DNA of 61,405 bases, counting the filler, from Choristocarpus tenellus KU-1152 (lineage: Eukaryota > Protista > Phaeophyceae): the NCBI GenBank assembly GCA_964200185.2. It is 9 parts of 9 records of this genome, joined end to end, with 100 filler letters (N's around TTAATTAATTAA, not from the genome) between each part and the next. Parts side by side here need not be neighbours in the genome. Positions count along the whole stretch, not along the records: positions 46,439 to 49,704 come from CAXNAD020021167.1; positions 49,805 to 56,288 come from CAXNAD020008035.1; positions 56,389 to 61,405 come from CAXNAD020012150.1; 6 more parts are not named here. One strand, given 5' to 3'. The notes under the pieces were generated by a model. The model had not been told where the DNA came from. It saw only the letters and a program-made list of their open reading frames with translations, and searched no databases. The number at the start of each line of letters is the position of its first letter. Within the stretch, counting starts at the first letter, position 1. Positions 49,221 to 61,202 of the stretch are shown in pieces. A program made the position numbers and the translations under genes.

Positions 49221-49804
49221 GTGAGGGAGTTGTCAATGTTGGTGGGATGGTGGCGCTCTACTCCTCCTCTTGTTGGGTTACAGCTGTTGTGAAGATCTCT
49301 CTGTGTCCTCCTATTCAACCTAAGTTCAGATAGTTATCCCGCGTTTAGCAACCCTGTCAACCAAATGCTTGATTTTCGGGTGACCATGTAGTGTGTGTGT
49401 ATGCAAAATCACAGACGAAGTGAACAGTTTCTTCTTTCAGCACTAGGTAGGCCAGGCCGCTGAGTATCATACCCCCTCCACCCCCCCCTCCGCTGGGTAA
49501 GGTCCACTCCTTACCCGGACCGTTGCGGTGTTGCCTGAATTAATAAACACACGATGCGTCATTTTGCAAACCAAACCCTCACCTTTGTGGGCAACCACAT
49601 GCTGTGTCTGTGTTGTATACACGCGAACAATAAAAAGCGTTCTTGTTTGTTTTATCGTTAGGCCAGGCCGCAGAATAACCCCCCCCCCCCCCCCCCCCCC
49701 CCCCNNNNNNNNNNNNNNNNNNNNNNNNNNNNNNNNNNNNNNNNNNNNTTAATTAATTAANNNNNNNNNNNNNNNNNNNNNNNNNNNNNNNNNNNNNNNN
49801 NNNN

Positions 49805-49846
49805 CCCCAAATGGACGCGGCTCTACCCTCTAAGATACTTTGACTC
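49805..49846 (+). mobile_element. MITE family B 3' end at contig start
   Basis: CCCCAAATGGACGCGGCTCTACCCTCTAAGATACTTTGACTC. Confidence 0.85.
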
Positions 49847-50063
49847 AACTACAGAGAAAATATTTGATGTTTGACTTCTCTGATGGAAGAGATGCCCACT
49901 ACTTGCAGGATTGGTTTCTTGGAAAAATTCCCCACCTCAGTCATAAGAAAAGTCTTGCACCAGAATCCGAGATTCCTGAAAAGGAACCTCAATTAATTGG
50001 TGTAATATTTGCCATACGGCAATAACGGTATGATAACGGACAACCCTGCTTTCCACAATGTGA

Positions 50064-50242
50064 GGCTCAAAGTATCTGGGGGGGGCGGCAGATGTCCATT
50101 TGGGGCCAATTTTTTCATGTCGCGATTTTTGGGTGATTTGGTTCCATAAGTTGGATGGATAATGAAAGTGCACTTTTCCTGGTTTTGGTCGAAATGGACA
50201 CTCCGGTGTAGCCCCCCCCCCCCCCACCAGATACTTTGGGTC
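50064..50242 (+). mobile_element. MITE family A, full copy
   Basis: Consensus TIRs; 3-bp TSD TGA. Confidence 0.92.
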
Positions 50243-50554
50243 TGATCCTTGACTAATGAGTATAAAAATACAACGCAAGCATCAAAGTGCATCTTCAAGT
50301 CACAAATCACCCTACCCACCCAAACTCCAAACACCAAAATACTTGTATTTGTTTTAATTTTTTTTAATTGTCTCTAAAATGACAGAATAGGAAATAATAT
50401 AGAAATATCAATATATCTTATATTCAGTACTGACATTATTAGTAGTATTGGGTAGAAGATACTAGTAGAATGAAAGGAAAATAGGGAGACTTGCCCATGA
50501 CGTGGCTGGTCGGAGTTTAAAAAAGATGTTGCCTGGCTGGGCATTGATAAATTG

Positions 50555-50800
50555 TTCTAACATGGCCAAGTCCATGGCCATACTACTCATCATGACCTTG
50601 TCCACCAGCTGACCACGAGCAACCAAGCGCTGAACATGGCTAAGTCCACGACTGTAACTACTCAACATGACTGGTTCCGATGGCTGGCCATGTACAACCA
50701 AGTTTGGACATGGCCAAGTTCATGGCAATATAACCGCTTCAACATAACTCGGCCACAGGACAACCTGCGGCCGTATGGCCAAAAGTGGACATGGTAACTG
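50555..50800. repeat. Degenerate ~74-bp tandem repeat, 3-4 copies
   Basis: ACATGGCYAAGTYCA near 50560, 50634 and 50708; weaker copy near 50789. Confidence 0.6.
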
Positions 50801-51674
50801 CCCAACCCGATGAAAAGCACTGACCTTTTGGGAATATTGGGTAGAGATAGATGCTATAACAAGAACAGACATACTATACTGAGGGAGTTGAGGGGTTGGT
50901 TTGCGATCACGAAGACTCCCAAGTAGTGGCCCTCGCTGTGTAGATCTGACACACTTTGATCATCCCATGTGCAGCAAAGGATTACTGTCTCACTCCTGCC
51001 ATCATACTGGGACCACCACACTTTACTGGGCAAAAAACAATAATGCAGTAGGTGTGGTGTGAAAACTTCCCTCATATAATTTGGGGCACTATGGATCCGG
51101 ATGGAGACAATGAGATGAAGAGACTTCTTGATTGTCACAATTGGAGAACTTGATTGTTCACTAAGTGGGTCAAGGCTTACCTTAGTCACCACAAGATGAC
51201 AAGCGTGGTGTTGCATGGGCAGGGTGTCTATGTTGATGAGGAGGTGATAAAGGAAGACCTACATAATGGATGCAACTAGGAGAGCAGGAGGGTGTAGTTG
51301 ATGCCTTGGCACAGGACGTAAGGGCTGAGGTACAGGATGTAGCCTGTTATACAAGCACTCCCAGTAAGGCTGACGAGGAAGGGAGGGAGTCAGGCGATGG
51401 GGCTGAGACAAAGGGTGGTCGTGGTAATGGCCGTGGAGGGATGGGCCTTTCTCTGCCTCCCTTTGTTGAAGCGCTACCACATTTTCTTGATTTGGAGGCA
51501 AAACGTGGAGAAATTAGATCGGGCTTGCGCATGCAGCACAAGGCGAAATTGAGTTCTTGAATGTTTCTGCTTTGAGACCTGCAATGCGGACAGGTATCAG
51601 ACAGTTGTTTGACTGAGAGGTGTTGTGTGATGCGATATTCCTGTTCTCTGCAACTTAAGCTGTACATACACAAA

Positions 51675-53298
51675 CTCCCTCTGTTCCATAAGTTTGTGTA
51701 ATTTTATGTATAACTCTTCGAAATCAACTCCGATTCGAAATGGATTGTTATGCTGGATTCCTTGACTTTTTTTGGATTATAATCAATAATCGGTACTGTC
51801 CTCCTCTGCATCAATCCATCAAGCAAGCGCTGTCTAGTAAGTGTCTTTGTTGATTTCCACCACTCTCACTAACTCCCCCCTTTTCTGCCTTTGCTTACTT
51901 CCTGTCTGCTCAACCTCGAAGTCGTTACCACACCGTGCTCTGAGCACTTGCGTGTACCTCTTGAAAATCTCTGCCACACCCTTTCAAGCGTCTCACTTGT
52001 TGTACTCGTCGAACATTGCCAAACGCCCCCAACCATCTCATCAATTGTGTTGTAACCCTCCTTCCAGACTCTACTTTTGAGGGATGCAAAAAATCCCAGA
52101 TTGCTTACGTTTAGATCTGGCGATTGCGCTGGCTGTGTCACGAGCTTGATATTCCATCCCTCTTCCCTGCTGACCTCCTTGAGCTTCTGTGGTATATCAT
52201 GGCCGGTGTAGGGTGTGGCACCGTCCTGCTGCATGAATCCACCGTCATGATGTAACCAGGGCATCTTCTGCTGGATCGTTGGCAGAAGAGTCTCCGTGTA
52301 TCACCTGGTTGATTGTCACATTGAACTCGTACTCCTCAACTCTTGCGAGTCTTACCATGGTCCGCTGGGTCTCCTTCAGTATGTACACCCTCCACGTCCT
52401 GATCTTACCATCGAAGTTACGGGATGGATCTAGGTGCAATATAGCAGAGATGAACATAACCTCGGGGATGTGGCTCTAGTACTGCACCTTGGTTGACCCC
52501 ACCTTTTCTTCTTCAGGGAGCATTTGGAACTTCTGCCTGCCGTGGATGACGTAGAACCACGTTTTGTTGATGTGAACGGTGTTGACACAGGTCCCGTATG
52601 TCTTACGGTCCTGGGCAACTTGATACAGAGAGAAGTTTACCCTTTCCTTCCAGTGGGAGAACGAAAGCTTTGGGGTAACTCATTGAAAGTTCCGTTCTTG
52701 TGCCCAAATCCTTTGGCCAGCACAAGAACGTTGTGGAACCCACAATGAGACCAATCTCGTCAAGCTTGATGGAGAGCTGTCGCAGCATTGAGGTACGGTT
52801 CTCCTCATTGATTTCCCATATCTACACGATCTTCTATGAGGTGAAATCCAAGGGCTGACCTGATCTTTTTCTTGTCGTCAGGTTGAGCGTGTACCCATCA
52901 TCAAGCTGTTTGGTGACCCGTTTCTAGAGATGTTCGGTATAATTCTTACTGACCTTGAACTCCTCCGCCAGGGTACTGCCAACGCCTTTGGGTAGGCACT
53001 TTGCCCCCAAAGGGAGGTCCATGGAGTATCTCACAGTGAGGGCATAGTGACCGGCCTCGCTCAGTTGGTATCCCGTTTTGCACGTTGTGGATCTCTCTGC
53101 ACTAATATACACTGTTTTCAGTTCTACTTTTTAGAACTGTTCCGGAACCAAAATTTAAAATTGATGGCATAGGTATGTAGTAGAAACGTTTCTCTTTCAT
53201 ATGAGTTGCTTTTATGTTCCGAATCGTTCTAGATCTCGAGATATGCGGTGCTGAACACAATCCTGCAAACTATGGTCCCACTTACTGAACAGAGGGAG
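51675..53298 (-). mobile_element. Decayed mariner-like transposon (40-residue D-to-D/N spacing) with Stowaway-type TIRs
   Basis: CTCCCTCTGTTC..GAACAGAGGGAG|TA; motifs VHINKTWFYV, FDGKIRTW, QQDGATPYTG..QPAQSPDLNVSNLGFFASLK, TLERVWQ; stops and frameshifts. Confidence 0.92.
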
Positions 53299-54131
53299 TA
53301 CATAACATTGCATTGACATATTGTTATCATATTTGACTGAATAATGCAAGTGGTAAACATATGTACCACAATTTTTTTATGAAAAAACGCCATTCTTTTG
53401 AGCCCTCACAGGCATTAAAAAAAAAACTCGAAGGCTTATCAGAAATGAAATGGGACACATACCTTTACGCAATCTTCACCTAGTAAGGCATGTGAGACAG
53501 TAAGGCATGTTGGCAATGGACCATAGAGGACAAGCCAAAATAATCTGAATGATGTACTTGTTGATATCTGGGCTTGGACTTGCTGGTGTGACTCCACGTG
53601 AAGAGATATAATTCTCATACCCCTCCCCAAAACTTCTGTCAGCGGTCACCCTCCGCACACCCCTAGCATGGCAGCAACGAGTCTCTGGCAAGAAGTTCGC
53701 TGTTGTTGTTGCTATTTGCTCCAGTTCCACTCTACAGGGTCTGGAAGCATCAATCCACTCGACCCTATCTGGAGGAGTCCCTGCTGAGGATCTGGCCACG
53801 ATCATCGCCCAGAGCTGCGTACACTGGGGTGATACAGCTCCTCCAGCTAAATAGACTCTGTTGCTAGTTGGTGTTAATGCAGAAGATATCTCTCTAAATA
53901 TTTTCCTCTACTTGAAAAATTACAACACAACGTTGCTCCCTTAAAAGTTTGTAACCACACAATGCAATTTATACACTGCTGTACAGGTGAGTGATACCAA
54001 AAATATTTATACATATGTGTTTCGCAGAGGATATGTCGTACCGACAAATGCTTGTAAACGTTATAACACAGGAGTTGTGAATATGATCCGCAATATGCGA
54101 GTACTGACTACTCGTATATGGGTACATGTTT

Positions 54132-54381
54132 GAGTCAATACAATTGAGAGGAAGGCAGTGTTGCATTTTAAAGATCCCAAGAAAGGGCAATAATATACCA
54201 TTTTGTAGAATTGCAGAAAGAAATTTTTGCTGAATTGTGGTGTTACTGTGTGGAAAGGGTGAACATCAATTTTGCGTAAACTGTTGTGCACACAAAGAAT
54301 GAAATAGAGTGTATTGCACGGGGAAATGTATCTTAGAATGCAAAAGGGTCGAAACCTGCCCACCTCTCAATTAATTCTGCC
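54132..54381 (+). mobile_element. MITE family C (~250 bp)
   Basis: GAGTCAATACAATTGAGAGG..CCTCTCAATTAATT; homologous to 9839-10092 and to both ends of 58985-59888. Confidence 0.7.
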
Positions 54382-54541
54382 TTTCCAATTTACATAGGTT
54401 AAGGGCGACTCCAACAGGTATCGAACGCGGGGACACGACACACCAGGGACACGGCACACTTATATCATAGAAGAACAAGGGAACCATCTACTGACTGTAC
54501 GAAACTACAGTATTGGTAACCTAAGAGTTGCACACAATTGT

Positions 54542-54803
54542 CAGTCAAAGTAAACCAGAGGTGCCCAGTATGTAACCGTTTTGCACTATAAGTCAGTTTT
54601 TAAATCTATTGTAATTCGCCCATACTTGCATTGATGAAGTGCTAGGTTTGACCTGAGAGGATCGATTTCTCTGTTGTTTGAAACCTTTCGACACAAGTCG
54701 GAAAATATCCTTTACGCGCTTGTTAAAAATGCCGAATTTTGTAGGTATTTACCGTAATAATCCTCAAAATGCAACTCTGGGTACCTCTCGTTGACTTTGA
54801 CTC
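54542..54803 (+). mobile_element. MITE family D (~260 bp)
   Basis: TIRs CAGTCAAAGTAAACCAGAGGTGCCCAG / CTGGGTACCTCTCGTTGACTTTGACTC. Confidence 0.75.
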
Positions 54804-55265
54804 CGTTCTTTTTTGTTACATCACATGCGTCATGGCATACGATTTTTACATGAAGATGACCTAGGGACAGACCAACAATACACAATTATCTTTTCTCCAC
54901 GCACAGGAATAATTCATTTATACATGTTGAAAAAATGCTGCGTCGTATCTTCACATCATATGTACATGCTAATCAACAAGATTATATCTACAAATTGAGA
55001 TGTGCACATCATCAAAATTTTGCTACATTCAAGTACTGATTTGTGGTACAAGATTCTTGGGTAGAAATGGTTGCACATCTTTACCATTCCTTTAACAATC
55101 ACATACAAATTCATGTACATTTTTTCGTGTTATGATTTGTGAAGCATAAATGAGTCAATTATTTTCCCGACAAGTGGAGTGGTTATACCTGCCCAGTCAC
55201 CCCAGCCTTCAAGATTAATCCCTGCCAGGTCATCTACTGTATTTCTCGGTGGAACAGTTGTAACT

Positions 55266-55524
55266 GAGTGAAAGCATCCTAGAGGGTACGAGTTTTCCCC
55301 TCTTTGTCCGTTTGGGGATTGGCTTCCCACGTTTTTTTAAAATGACATTTTACCAACTCTGAAATGTTTCGGAGTAGTTAAAATGTGTACGTTATGGAAA
55401 GGAGTGTCTGGAACAAGGATATTGACACTTCCTAAAAACACGATAGCCAAAATTACATCAATATCCCAACTTTGAATTTTGGTTCCCAACGGAAGCGACT
55501 CTACCCTCTAAGATACTTTGACTT
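55266..55524 (+). mobile_element. MITE family B, full copy
   Basis: GAGTGAAAGCATCCTAGAGGGTA / TACCCTCTAAGATACTTTGACTT; flanks ACT/TCT. Confidence 0.9.
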
Positions 55525-56061
55525 TCTCAATGTTTGACAAAATCAAAGGTTGTGGGGTCGAATCCTGGGTGAGGAATCTCGGGTGGACCACTTTCCCGAC
55601 TACCTACGGCGGGAGGATAAAAAGATGTATAATGTGGTCCTAAGACAGACAGAAGGGGAAACACGAAGTTTGAGATGACCGCTTGGGGAGTGCATGGGAT
55701 TAGTGGGGTGATAGGTCACGGATTATGGTGAGTTAGCTCCCCAGGCTCTGTGCCTGGCCTTGTTGGTGTGCTTCTAGGAGAAGAAACCCGTTTTCACACC
55801 CCCCATCAAAGAACTTAGTCGGATCAGCTGATTCTGCCACTTCCTCCACGATCTTCTCCATAAGGAGATATTGTCTGCCTGTTTCAAGGAGGGACCTGCC
55901 ACGTTGAGGGGAATGACCTTCACCTGGAAACTTAAGCAGGGAGAGAGGGTTCAGGAATCGAGGAGCCAGGCAAGCTCTTTGTCTTCCATCTCAGTCAATT
56001 GTGTAGCTAGCATCCATGGGTATCAGGTTTCATATTGCATCCATACAGATCGGATCACGTA

Positions 56062-56144
56062 CTGTGTATACCCCAGTGGTCAAAGGGGGAACACTTAAGT
56101 TCTTCTGCGTAATTGCTTCGAGGGTTCGAACCCCTCTGCACGGA
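56062..56144 (+). tRNA. tRNA-Leu(TAA), probably a pseudogene or SINE head
   Basis: Acceptor CTGTGTA/TGCACGG, D arm CCC-CAGTGGTCAAA-GGG, anticodon arm GAACA-CTTAAGT-TCTTC with one mismatch, long variable arm, T arm GAGGG-TTCGAAC-CCCTC, discriminator A; no T4 terminator nearby. Confidence 0.75.
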
Positions 56145-56712
56145 GTGAAGGACTTTATTCACTTGCAACACTTCTGAGATGCTAACACACAGATTCTTGG
56201 AAGGTTTAGACCTCTCACATGGGATAGGGAGGGGAGGTGACGAGGGAACATGGTGTGACTCCCCCCCCCCCCCGCCTTGCCTTTCCCCNNNNNNNNNNNN
56301 NNNNNNNNNNNNNNNNNNNNNNNNNNNNNNNNTTAATTAATTAANNNNNNNNNNNNNNNNNNNNNNNNNNNNNNNNNNNNNNNNNNNNGCCACTCTCGCA
56401 TGAGTATCTCTGGGATTTTGAGTCAAATCGCCCGAATACGAGAATTCCGGTACAAAAGTCTATTTTTTTGAGCATGTCGAAAAAAGCGGTACAAAATTGC
56501 ATATTTTTTCGATTTGGTTCATAATAGTTGGCATAAAATCGGGGTAGGTACCGTATCAATAATTTTCCACATTTTTATTCTTTTTATGTTTATCTTAAAA
56601 TTATTGATTGGATAGAAAATTTTGTAATATATTTCTTTGTCGTTATTCGCTCAATTTCCCTTTTAAAATTTAAATTCTAGACACATCTAAAATACACTTG
56701 CTGTTGAAAACT

Positions 56713-57058
56713 CTAAACTAGCCTAAACCCAACTAGCTTGATTATTTTTGCTAAATCTAATATAAATCTATCCTGAGTAAAATCTTTTATAAATTTACTT
56801 GGATCTTATAATGTTACAATTTTTGTGATTTCATCAATTTCTGTGCTAAGTTTACTAAATCAATTTTTATCTATATCTGTACCATTCTCTTCATAATGTT
56901 TTATTAGTTTTTGTCTTGCTTTTCCCCATAATCCTGGGGGCAATTCTAAATGCTGTGTAGAACTAAAAGTATTAGTGGTATTTTTCATTATTACTTGCTT
57001 AAAAGAAAGAAACATTATTTCTAAACTCGTAATTAATCTTATTTCTTCTACTCTCCCC
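56713..57058 (-). pseudogene. Decayed bacterial-type DnaA N-terminal-domain fragment resembling the C-terminus of Rickettsiaceae plasmid DnaA-like proteins
   Basis: Very AT-rich and intronless; LELPPGLWGKARQKLIKHYEENGTDIDKN*FSKLSTEIDEITKIVTL*DPSKFIKDFTQDRFILDLAKIIKLVGFRLV* with two internal stops. Confidence 0.7.
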
Positions 57059-58984
57059 TATGCGGCTCCACCACCAAACGGTTGTGGTCCTTACCCACTG
57101 ATCTTTGTAGCACCATTTTTGTCTCTGTGTTTTTCACAGCTACAGGTTGGGGCTTGTATACGCAATCTTGTGTCATTTCTAACACTGGTTCGTGGTTCCT
57201 GTATGCACTTACAGTCCATTGTACTTACAATGAGTGACGTATTATCGTGTGTTCTCTTTGTTGTGCCAACTACAGAAAATGGCGCAACCTAATCCTCCAT
57301 CGACTATTCCATTGAACCCACCCGTGCCATAACAGGTAGCTATGTCAAACATTGATGTAAGTGATGAGCACACGGAACACTTCTTCGATTTCTCCCAGGG
57401 TAAGCTTCCATCACAACTCTTGTACGACTGGTTTGATTTCAGGCGGGGGCGACCATTGATTCCTGGAGGCATTTGCTGTACTGGAGATGAGAATGTAGAT
57501 AAATGGGGTTCAGCACCGCAAACGATCAATCTGGGGATATCAACGACAGGAGATGAAAAATCCCCAAATAGAGGATGTAGGAGGGGGTACCTCCAGCATC
57601 AAGCCCTCGAGAGTGAAAAGTGGTAAAGGAAAGGGGTAGTCAAAGAACTAACAAGGTGTTGATAGTGCAGCGAAGGACAACATCAAGAGCCTGACTGAAT
57701 ATACAAAATTCTTGCATGCAAACACCGATATATGCCCCAGCACAGAATCATTGTGCGTAAAGGTAGAAAGGTTAAGTCGCTAGGTGTATGAGTTGGAGAG
57801 TGCTGAATAGTGGATCTACCCTTACATGACCCCACATATGTACAACAATGCCTCAACAAAGAAAGCCTATGGTTGCGATGGAGAAAGGTTTAGGGTCTGA
57901 GCTAAAGGTTGAAGAAGTTTAGGGTCATGAAGGTGTTTCTGCACTTGGTAGGGTTGAGGTTGTCTGGAAGAACATCGTTCATTTAGTTTTAGACCACTGT
58001 CAGCATGGTTTTTGTTTTGGGTGGATATATGAATGGCCTTGTGATCTGAATGATGTCTGCATCATCATAGCCCGGGGAATATTTTTTTCCTGCTGACATC
58101 TTGTGGACACTCATGTTTGCAGTTCCTTCGCACTCTCCCTACCCATGTCATTTATTTTTGTCCTTGTCAATCTTGTTTTCTTGTTTACATATCTCCCTTA
58201 CCTTCAACCTTGTTATCGTACTCAGTATACTAGGGTCATATGGATAAAAACTCTGAAATACGTGATGGAATGAATGTCCTGTGAGTTGGAAAATAACAAT
58301 CGAAACAATGGTTACTAGTTTTGTGTTTGCCCATCTTCCTTTTACCTTTGTTGCCTAGCAACGAGTGCTATGGTTGTCATTTTCTTGTAAAGCAACACCT
58401 ATTATTGGTCACCGTTCCATTTTTTATGGAATACAAAAAAATTGTTAGGTGAATCTAATTATATTAACTTTAACGACATATAGATAAGGAGAAAATAGAA
58501 AAAGGAGTCGGAAAATGTTTTATTTATGATGCCATTATCGAACATCAACCAATGTATTATGAGCAAAAAAAAAGCAGTATATACAGTAGTGATCTTTTGA
58601 AGATACAAAGAAAGGGGTAAGGAATTATGATTGTTATGCCTCTAACATTTTCAAGATGTGAGGGAAAGACTAATGAAAAAATATTCAAATGTCAGAAGAA
58701 CGCCTAAAAAAAATTAACAGTTGTCATAAATGTAGAAGACATTTACTATTAGGTATGATACACGTTTGTGACATATTTTATTACTTCTTTAGGGTTATAC
58801 TGATATGTGAATAGTTTTCATTCGTTTCCCTTGTGCTGCACATGTGAGAAATGCCAAAATAATAATATATAGATGAGGGGAAAAGAAAGGTGAGGATATA
58901 ACAACGAAACCAAAGAAGGGAAGAAGCAATGAACGCAAAAGAGATGCTGCAAATGAAGTTCAAGGCACACTAAAAACTAGTGTT

Positions 58985-59888
58985 GAGTCAAACTAATTGA
59001 GAGGTTGTGTGGTATCTACCTTCCGACCAAGGTATACCTTTAATGTGCCCTTCCTTTGAACATACCTCAAATTCTGTTCCCTCATACAACATCATTACTT
59101 GTTTCTATCTGTTTCACAGTAGCCAAAGTCACTTTTAACGTTCCTGAGAAAGGGAAAATATGTCATTTTGACCAATTGCAGAAAAAGACTTTGCTGAATT
59201 GTGGAAGGAGGGAATATAAATTTGCAAGTACTATTTTATTTATTATGCCCCCTAACATTTTTCAGGGGAAAAAACAGTGAAAACTATTCACATTCATATA
59301 TATATATTATGTCAGTATAAACCCTAAATAAGTAAAATAAGTAAAAAATGTGATAAACACTAATCTATTTGTTGTTTCACCATCTATATTGTACCACTGC
59401 CTTGCTGTGCCTCCAATCTACCTATTCCTGCACCCCAGGGTGAGGAGTTAGGGAGGCATCCCAAGAATCCGATAAACCTCTCCTTGTCCATCTCCCTTGT
59501 GATTCCGGGTTAAAACGCATGACACGTCTAGACAGTGTCACCTGCGTTGTCACTAAAACTATTTGGCATAGGCGGGATTTGACCGCCCCTTTCCTGCCGT
59601 AGGTTCTGTCTGGCTCCTCTCCCTCCCACCATGCGCATAGCCAGCTCATCCAGGCAACTTTCCGCTTGCTTGTCGAGGCGCCCAAAACTTTCCACCACGA
59701 AGGTGCTTATTGAGGTTGTAACTGCAATGATTAAAAGAATCCTTGCAACTACCATTGTCCATACTTAATTTATCAAAATGTCCGAGGGCAAAATAATAAA
59801 AAATTACAGTGTATTGGAGAGGGTAATGGTAAGATTGGATAGAACGCGAAAGGGTTGAAACCTGTCTACTTATCAATTAGTTTGACTC
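58985..59888 (+). mobile_element. MITE family C copy expanded by internal insertions
   Basis: TIRs GAGTCAAACTAATTGA / TCAATTAGTTTGACTC; flanks TGTT/TATT. Confidence 0.8.
59422..59735 (-). mobile_element. 3' fragment of a CRE/R2-type non-LTR retrotransposon (restriction-like endonuclease tail)
   Basis: TFVVESFGRLDKQAESCLDELA..VGGRG then RKGAVKSRLCQIVLVTTQVTLSRRV after a frameshift; ExxG motif and terminal helix of RLE domains. Confidence 0.7.
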
Positions 59889-61202
59889 TATTTTTAATAT
59901 GCATGGTATTGGGAATTAACTAAGTTGGCATCTTAACCACATTTAATAGCAAAATTATAAAAATAATTGATTCTTTGGTACGACCAATGAAATCTCGAAC
60001 AGACAGATCCTCTGTCGTCTGTAGGGATATGGAGCCTATCAAGATTGTTGAAATATGAGTAACGACAAATAGTTTCACCGTACCAGAAATAAAATTTCAG
60101 TTAATATATATTAGAGGTATTTACCTTTTTCTGTTTTACATTTTAAAAACAGTTTTTTGGTCGTTCGTAATTCACCCATACTTACACGGATAATATCTAA
60201 GTTCTAAGAGAGACAGGTAATTTCTCTATGGTTGAGACTTTTGGAAAGAATTCAGAAAATATCCCATTAACATTCATCGTCAACCAATATTGCTTTTATT
60301 CAGTCTTTCCACAAGTATACAACATAAATATCAAACGAAAGCTTATGCGAAGTGTTGAAGACATGTATGCAGGAATGTACTGATTCCACTCAACGGGAAC
60401 TATGCCTTGATCAAGGAATGACAAAAACGCGGGGGAACATCTCCGGTGCAATTTTGATGGTGACAACCTCAAAAGTGGTCTCCTCCCGAAGTTATCTGGA
60501 TGACACATCTATTTCTGTCAGGGAGAAAAGTTGCACCACAATAGCTGTTTTCGAGCAGCTGAAAACTGATATACACGAGATAGTCATCGCCCTCAACATG
60601 GATAAGACAGTTGCTTCACCTCCCCACGATCACCAGGCCAAGCCCTCAGAACTAGAAAACTCCTAGCCACACTGGGAATCAACCAAATCCCGGACCCAAA
60701 AATGGTTATGTTACACTAGGGCTCCGTGGGAACAGCTTCATTCACCCAAGCCCACATGACTGGGGTGGTCAGAGCTCAAGGTCACGAATGTTGGCCACAC
60801 ACCCGAGTGAGATGGAGAACAAAAGGTTGCCTGGTTCCTCAACTCCTAGTCCCTCTCTTCCAACTTAGGTTTATTTTGTAAAGGTCACCCCCCCACACCT
60901 GGCACACTCAATGCTCAATGGCACAATCATGGAATAAGCCGACAACACCTCACTCTGGACGCTAGAGAAGATAATGAAGGTAGGATACTCGACTGGAGCC
61001 ACTGAGTTATTTAAAGGAATTTGTGAATCTGGAAACCCTACCAGTAAGTGCAGGCATATATACCCACAAGTTCACGGGTGTTAAACCTAACCTCCATGAA
61101 ACATCGCCAGCATGCAGCCTTTGTAGGATCACTGGTGGTCACTCTCCCCAACCTTCTAGCAAGCCTACAAGGGCCTCATGGAGAGTCTTTCAACAATCTC
61201 TA

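Noticed and set aside
49856-53850. Exon-like blocks at ~49856-49999 (+), 51279-51497 (open on both strands) and ~53621-53847 (-)
   Set aside because: Probably include real exons, but strand and phase conflict and no recognisable homology, so no model is offered.
9662-56388. Eight identical N44-TTAATTAATTAA-N44 blocks and the ORFs ending in LIN
   Set aside because: Artificial contig-joining linker with stops in all frames; not biological, and adjacency across it is meaningless.
56713-57058. TGA=Trp genetic code in the DnaA_N fragment
   Set aside because: A second in-frame TAA shows decay and TGG is also used, so point mutation is the simpler explanation.
60340-60700. Possible hAT C-terminal dimerisation relic
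   Set aside because: Needs several frameshifts to resemble the motif; too weak.
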